Positions 59,978 to 64,000 of a DNA stretch of 64,000 nucleotides are shown in pieces. Numbering within the stretch: the first letter of the stretch is position 1; each line of letters opens with the position of its first letter. The notes beneath the pieces are model-generated. The model searched no databases. It was not told the origin of the DNA and saw only the letters and a program-made list of their open reading frames with translations. Made by a program: the position numbers and the translations under genes. The stretch comes from Actinomycetota bacterium. Its GTDB lineage: Bacteria > Actinomycetota > Aquicultoria > Subteraquimicrobiales > Subteraquimicrobiaceae. The DNA is taken from assembly GCA_030018275.1 (NCBI GenBank), contig JASEGB010000003.1:9600-73599 (forward strand), in the 5' to 3' direction.

Positions 59978-61003
59978 ATGCCATTCTCCCACAAATTCGT
60001 GGAGGTTCAACCGCATCTTCTTGTGCGAAAAGAGATGATGGGCATCTTACCTCTAATTGATGGTTTGGTGCTGGACATAGACGGAGTAATCCTCGATGTA
60101 TCCCGATCCTTCAGAGTCGCCATAAGCAAGACCACTCAATATTATTTTTCAAAAATACTCAATTGGGGGGGCAGTTCCACGCTGATTAGACCTAAGGAGA
60201 CTCAACTTTTTAAACTCGCAGGAGGATTTAACAATGATTGGGAGTTAACCTATGGAGTCGTTCTCTTTTATCTGGGAAAATCCCAGAAATTTTCGAGCCA
60301 AAATTTGGATTTTTTAAGATCGGAGGGCGAATCCCTGGAGGAATTTACGGAGAAGGTTCGAGATTTAGGTGGAGGGCTCAAAACGTTAGAAAAGTTGATA
60401 TTTAGCTCTCTACCCCAGGGACAGCAACGCAAGGTCACCGAACTCTGGCGAAAGGACGTGATAAAAAGGGTTTTTCAAGAGTATTACGGAGGGGTGGATT
60501 ATTGTCAAAGGTTATACGGTTTTAATCCGACCCTCGTTAAACAAAAAGGATTGCTCAATGAAGAGAGGGTTCTTATGGATAGAGAGAAAATAAAATTCTT
60601 TTACCCCAAAGTTGCCGTGATCACAGGAAGGACGGGAAAGGAAACGGTAGTAGCCTTGGAGAGAGCCAATTTAGCCGATCTTATTCCATCTCACCTGGTT
60701 TTATCCGATGATGGCGGTGTCCTTAAAAAGCCAAATTCCGAGGTTCTTCTAAGCTTAGGGATCAAAATGCAAACTCGGGTGGGAATATATATGGGTGACA
60801 CATGGGATGACCTGCAAACGGTCCGTAATTTCGGGAAAATCCACACGCAAATGAGATTCCTTTCCTGCATCATTTCTCGCAAGCGATCTGAAGCACCCAT
60901 TTACATTGAAGGTGGAGTGGATATCCTAGCCAGGAATCCCAATGGTGTATTATCATTTATTATAAAATCAAAGGAGATGGAGGAGGAAAGTGGAGCGAAC
61001 TAG
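59978..61003 (+). CDS. HAD-superfamily hydrolase (candidate histidinol-phosphate phosphatase)
   Basis: HAD motif I (LDIDGVILD) and motif IV (GDTWDD); translationally coupled between hisD and hisB. Confidence 0.45.
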   Translation: MPFSHKFVEVQPHLLVRKEMMGILPLIDGLVLDIDGVILDVSRSFRVAISKTTQYYFSKILNWGGSSTLIRPKETQLFKLAGGFNNDWELTYGVVLFYLGKSQKFSSQNLDFLRSEGESLEEFTEKVRDLGGGLKTLEKLIFSSLPQGQQRKVTELWRKDVIKRVFQEYYGGVDYCQRLYGFNPTLVKQKGLLNEERVLMDREKIKFFYPKVAVITGRTGKETVVALERANLADLIPSHLVLSDDGGVLKKPNSEVLLSLGIKMQTRVGIYMGDTWDDLQTVRNFGKIHTQMRFLSCIISRKRSEAPIYIEGGVDILARNPNGVLSFIIKSKEMEEESGAN

Positions 61004-61580
61004 CACGGTAAAAAGGGAGACCAAAGAGACTTCAATCAACATTTCCTTGGATATCGATGGGAAGGGTTTGTCCAAAATCGATACCGGTATACCCTTCCTC
61101 GACCACATGCTTGAGCTATTTGCTAAGCATGGTCTATTCGATTTGACCATCGAAGCGAGGGGAAATTTACACATCGATGCACACCACACCATAGAAGATG
61201 TGGGCATTTGCTTGGGTCAAGCATTTCGGCAGTGTTTGGGGGATAAAAAGGGGATAAGAAGATTTGGTTTTAGCATCGTTCCCATGGACGAAGCTCTTGT
61301 TCTGACCTCTTTGGATATAAGTGGGCGCTCCCGTCTTTTCTACGATGTGGAGCTCCCCATGGAAGCCATCGGGAATTTCGATGTGAGCCTGATTCATGAA
61401 TTCTTTCATGCCTTTGTGAACCACTCTGCCATCACCCTCCATATCAAGGTTTTATTTGGTAAGAACACCCATCATATCATTGAGGCAATATTCAAGAGCT
61501 TGGGCACAGCTTTGGATATGGCTACAGCGATCGACCCCAGGAGAATGGAGGAAGTACCCTCCACCAAGGGCCAACTCTAA
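60990..61580 (+). CDS. hisB: imidazoleglycerol-phosphate dehydratase
   Basis: HHTIEDVGI and HIIEAIFKSLG motifs. Confidence 0.8.
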   Translation: MERTSTVKRETKETSINISLDIDGKGLSKIDTGIPFLDHMLELFAKHGLFDLTIEARGNLHIDAHHTIEDVGICLGQAFRQCLGDKKGIRRFGFSIVPMDEALVLTSLDISGRSRLFYDVELPMEAIGNFDVSLIHEFFHAFVNHSAITLHIKVLFGKNTHHIIEAIFKSLGTALDMATAIDPRRMEEVPSTKGQL

Positions 61581-61665
61581 TCCTGTTGGCTGTTGGCCAA
61601 TTTGCTGGTTAGCTAAAAAATTAAACCTAGCCAATTAACAAACCAGCAAACCAGTTTAAGGGTGA

Positions 61666-62295
61666 ATGGAATTGATAGTGATAGTGGATTATGGAATGGG
61701 GAATTTAAGGAGTGTGCAAAAGGGTTTTGAAAAAGTTGGGTACGAAGCCTTTATAATCTCCGATCCGGAGGTGATTCGCAAATCTTCTGGTGTGGTGCTT
61801 CCCGGAGTAGGAGCCTTCGCTGATGCCATGCACAATTTACGGGCTTCTGGATTAGGTGATGCTGTTTTGGAAATTCTCTCTCAAAGTAAGCCCTTTTTGG
61901 GTATTTGTTTGGGACTACAACTCCTCTTTACTGAGAGTGAGGAGGATGGCTTGCACAAGGGTCTTGGTATAATAAAGGGTCGAGTTTTGCGTCTTCCACC
62001 GGAAGTTAAAGTTCCGCATATGGGGTGGAATCGGATAAAAAAGGTGTGCGAAGCGCCTATCCTTCAAGGTATCTCCGATGGTTCTTATTTCTATTTCGTC
62101 CATTCCTACTATGTGGATCCAAAAGACAGCGATATCGTCTGCACCACTACTGAATATGGTATCGAGTTCACTTCCAGCATCTGGAAGGATAATATTTTTG
62201 CAGTTCAATTTCACCCGGAGAAAAGCAGCAAGTTGGGATTAAAAATATTAAAGAATTTTGGAGGTATGGTTTATGCTCATCTATCCCGCAGTTGA
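61666..62295 (+). CDS. hisH: imidazole glycerol phosphate synthase, glutamine amidotransferase subunit
   Basis: Class I glutamine amidotransferase triad (GICLGLQ, HPE). Confidence 0.8.
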   Translation: MELIVIVDYGMGNLRSVQKGFEKVGYEAFIISDPEVIRKSSGVVLPGVGAFADAMHNLRASGLGDAVLEILSQSKPFLGICLGLQLLFTESEEDGLHKGLGIIKGRVLRLPPEVKVPHMGWNRIKKVCEAPILQGISDGSYFYFVHSYYVDPKDSDIVCTTTEYGIEFTSSIWKDNIFAVQFHPEKSSKLGLKILKNFGGMVYAHLSRS

Positions 62296-63010
62296 TATCC
62301 TGGGCGGAAAATGTGTACGCCTTTTTCAGGGAAGATTTGAAACCGTGAAGGTTTATTCCGAAGATCCTGCGGAGATGGCGAAGAGGTGGGAGGATGAAGG
62401 CGCTCAATTCTTGCATGTCGTGGATCTTAACGGTGCTGCCTCTGGTAAATCTCAAAATTTACCGGCCATCGAAAAAATCATCAAATCTGTGGGTATTCCC
62501 ATCCAAGTTGGTGGAGGAATAAGAGATATTAAAACTGTGGAAAAGATATTGGATTTGGGAGTTCGAAGAGCTGTCTTGGGAACCGCGGTTATAAATGCTC
62601 CAGAGTTTGTTGCCGAAGCATGCCTGAAATTTGGACCTAAAATCGTAGCCGCCATCGATGCCCGAAGTGGGAAGGTAGCCATAAGCGGCTGGAGAGAGAG
62701 TACGGAATATGATGCATGGGAGGTCGCTCGGGAGTTGAAGATGCTTGGCATTTCGCGTTTAATTTACACGGATATCCTCTCCGATGGAACACAGCGTGGG
62801 ATCAATTTTGACGCTGTGCGAGACATGGTTCAAACGATTGACATCTCTCTGATCGTTTCCGGGGGAGTATCCAGTTTGGAAGATATCATAAATCTCAAAA
62901 GGTTGGAGCCTTTAGGAGTGGAGGGCGTCATCGTTGGTACAGCCCTATATGAGGGAACATTTTCTCTTAAAGAAGCGATGGCTGCAGCGGGTTGTGCTAC
63001 CGGTAGGTGA
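62273..63010 (+). CDS. hisA: ProFAR isomerase
   Basis: [17 protein letters not shown]-terminus and (beta-alpha)8 fold. Confidence 0.75.
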   Translation: MLIYPAVDILGGKCVRLFQGRFETVKVYSEDPAEMAKRWEDEGAQFLHVVDLNGAASGKSQNLPAIEKIIKSVGIPIQVGGGIRDIKTVEKILDLGVRRAVLGTAVINAPEFVAEACLKFGPKIVAAIDARSGKVAISGWRESTEYDAWEVARELKMLGISRLIYTDILSDGTQRGINFDAVRDMVQTIDISLIVSGGVSSLEDIINLKRLEPLGVEGVIVGTALYEGTFSLKEAMAAAGCATGR

Positions 63011-63786
63011 AGGAAGTGCTGACTAAACGGATCATTCCTTGCCTGGATGTGAAAGAGGGCAGGGTGGTAAAGGGAGTAAAATTTGTGAACCTCAGAGATG
63101 CGGGGGATCCCGTAGAGTTAGCAGCGGTCTATGACAGGGAAGGTGCGGATGAACTGGTCTTTCTGGACATCACTGCCTCCTATGAGAAGCGAGGGATAAT
63201 GGTGGATGTGGCTCGGCGCACCGCGGAGGAGGTTTTCATCCCATATACGGTGGGCGGGGGCATCAGAACCATGGAGGATATCAGAAATCTTCTTTCTGCT
63301 GGTGCCGACAAGGTCTCTTTAAATACCGCTGCGGTGAAGAATCCGCAGATTGTAAGGGAAGCTTCTAAGAAGTTTGGAAGCCAGTGCATCGTGGTTGCCA
63401 TAGATGCGAAGAGAGTTCACGGTTCACTCCCGACTTTAAAGTGGGAAGTTTACATAAATGGGGGAAGAACACCCACCGGTTTGGATGCTGTGGAATGGGC
63501 AAGGAAGGTTGAGAGCCTTGGGGCGGGAGAAATCTTGCTTACCAGCATGGATAGGGATGGCACAAAGAATGGGTATGATATCGCGCTAACCCGAGCCGTC
63601 TCAAGCGCCATTAATATACCCGTCATCGCCTCGGGAGGTGCTGGAAAGTTGGAGCATTTCCTCGAAGTGATCGTTGAAGCGAATGCAGATGCCGTGCTCG
63701 CCGCCTCTCTTTTCCATTACGGAGAGTTAATAATCAAAGAAGTTAAAGAATATTTAAAAGAGCATGGAATTCCCGTAAGATTGTGA
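63007..63786 (+). CDS. hisF: imidazole glycerol phosphate synthase cyclase subunit
   Basis: RIIPCLDV N-terminus; highly conserved HisF blocks. Confidence 0.85.
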   Translation: MKEVLTKRIIPCLDVKEGRVVKGVKFVNLRDAGDPVELAAVYDREGADELVFLDITASYEKRGIMVDVARRTAEEVFIPYTVGGGIRTMEDIRNLLSAGADKVSLNTAAVKNPQIVREASKKFGSQCIVVAIDAKRVHGSLPTLKWEVYINGGRTPTGLDAVEWARKVESLGAGEILLTSMDRDGTKNGYDIALTRAVSSAINIPVIASGGAGKLEHFLEVIVEANADAVLAASLFHYGELIIKEVKEYLKEHGIPVRL

Positions 63787-63923
63787 AAAATTTCTCCAAA
63801 GGAATTTCTCCTTTCTTTATAATGTAATGGAGCAAATAGAATCAGAGGAAAGGGAATGATCTTTGCATTTTAAATTTGTCATTTGAGGTTTCTAGTGTTG
63901 CTTGAGTATAGGAAGGAGTTCAC

Positions 63924-64000
63924 GTGAAGAAGGATATACTCAGTGAGGTAAAGTTAAAATTCGATGAGAGAGGATTGATCCCTGCCATAGTCCAGGATTT
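63924..64000 (+). CDS. hisI: phosphoribosyl-AMP cyclohydrolase, cut by window end
   Basis: GTG start after a ggaaggag RBS; encodes ...ERGLIPAIVQD, a HisI N-terminal motif. Confidence 0.45.
   Translation, partial: MKKDILSEVKLKFDERGLIPAIVQD

Overview
The window reads as a bacterial chromosome segment of mostly core metabolism, with a more AT-rich accessory island at roughly 39.5-54.5 kb. Every annotation below comes from reading the sequence and ORF track and from family knowledge; no searches were run.

Left to right:
- A partial CBS-domain pyrophosphatase (CBS-PPase).
- A sulfide-dependent homocysteine/methionine cassette: a DUF39 (COG1900) protein, a NIL-ferredoxin and a core-MetE-like methionine synthase.
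- An archaeal/eukaryotic-type ATP-dependent DNA ligase.
- Membrane proteins: a UPF0104 protein, an MFS transporter, a LysE-like protein and a UPF0182 protein.
- A frameshifted thioredoxin-like gene.
- An alpha-glucan cluster: a GT4 glycosyltransferase, three GH57 proteins and glgA.
- A T-box leader ahead of a large branched-chain amino acid / serine operon: ilvD-ilvB-ilvN-ilvC, a class V aminotransferase, serA, leuA-leuC-leuD-leuB, ilvE, cimA and a fumarylacetoacetate hydrolase (FAH) family protein.

The AT-rich island carries:
- A decayed IS200/RAYT-type transposase flanked by 15-bp palindromic repeats.
- Two Phd/YefM-PIN toxin-antitoxin pairs.
- Remnants of an SDR gene and a DUF2283-like gene.
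- A complete group-3b sulfhydrogenase-type [NiFe] hydrogenase operon (beta, gamma, delta, alpha subunits plus a HycI-type protease).
- A RmuC-like nuclease.
- An HsdS specificity subunit and an HsdM-like N6-adenine methyltransferase with an N-terminal PD-ExK nuclease-like domain, with no HsdR.
- A frameshifted cation:proton antiporter.

The window then continues with dnaE and a his operon (hisD, a HAD hydrolase, hisB-hisH-hisA-hisF, hisI partial). Core intergenic regions carry a mosaic REP/MITE-like repeat family, a ~190-bp element present as an inverted pair, and partly complementary tandem 7-8-mer arrays inside the leu/ilv operon. The island has its own intergenic repeat family.
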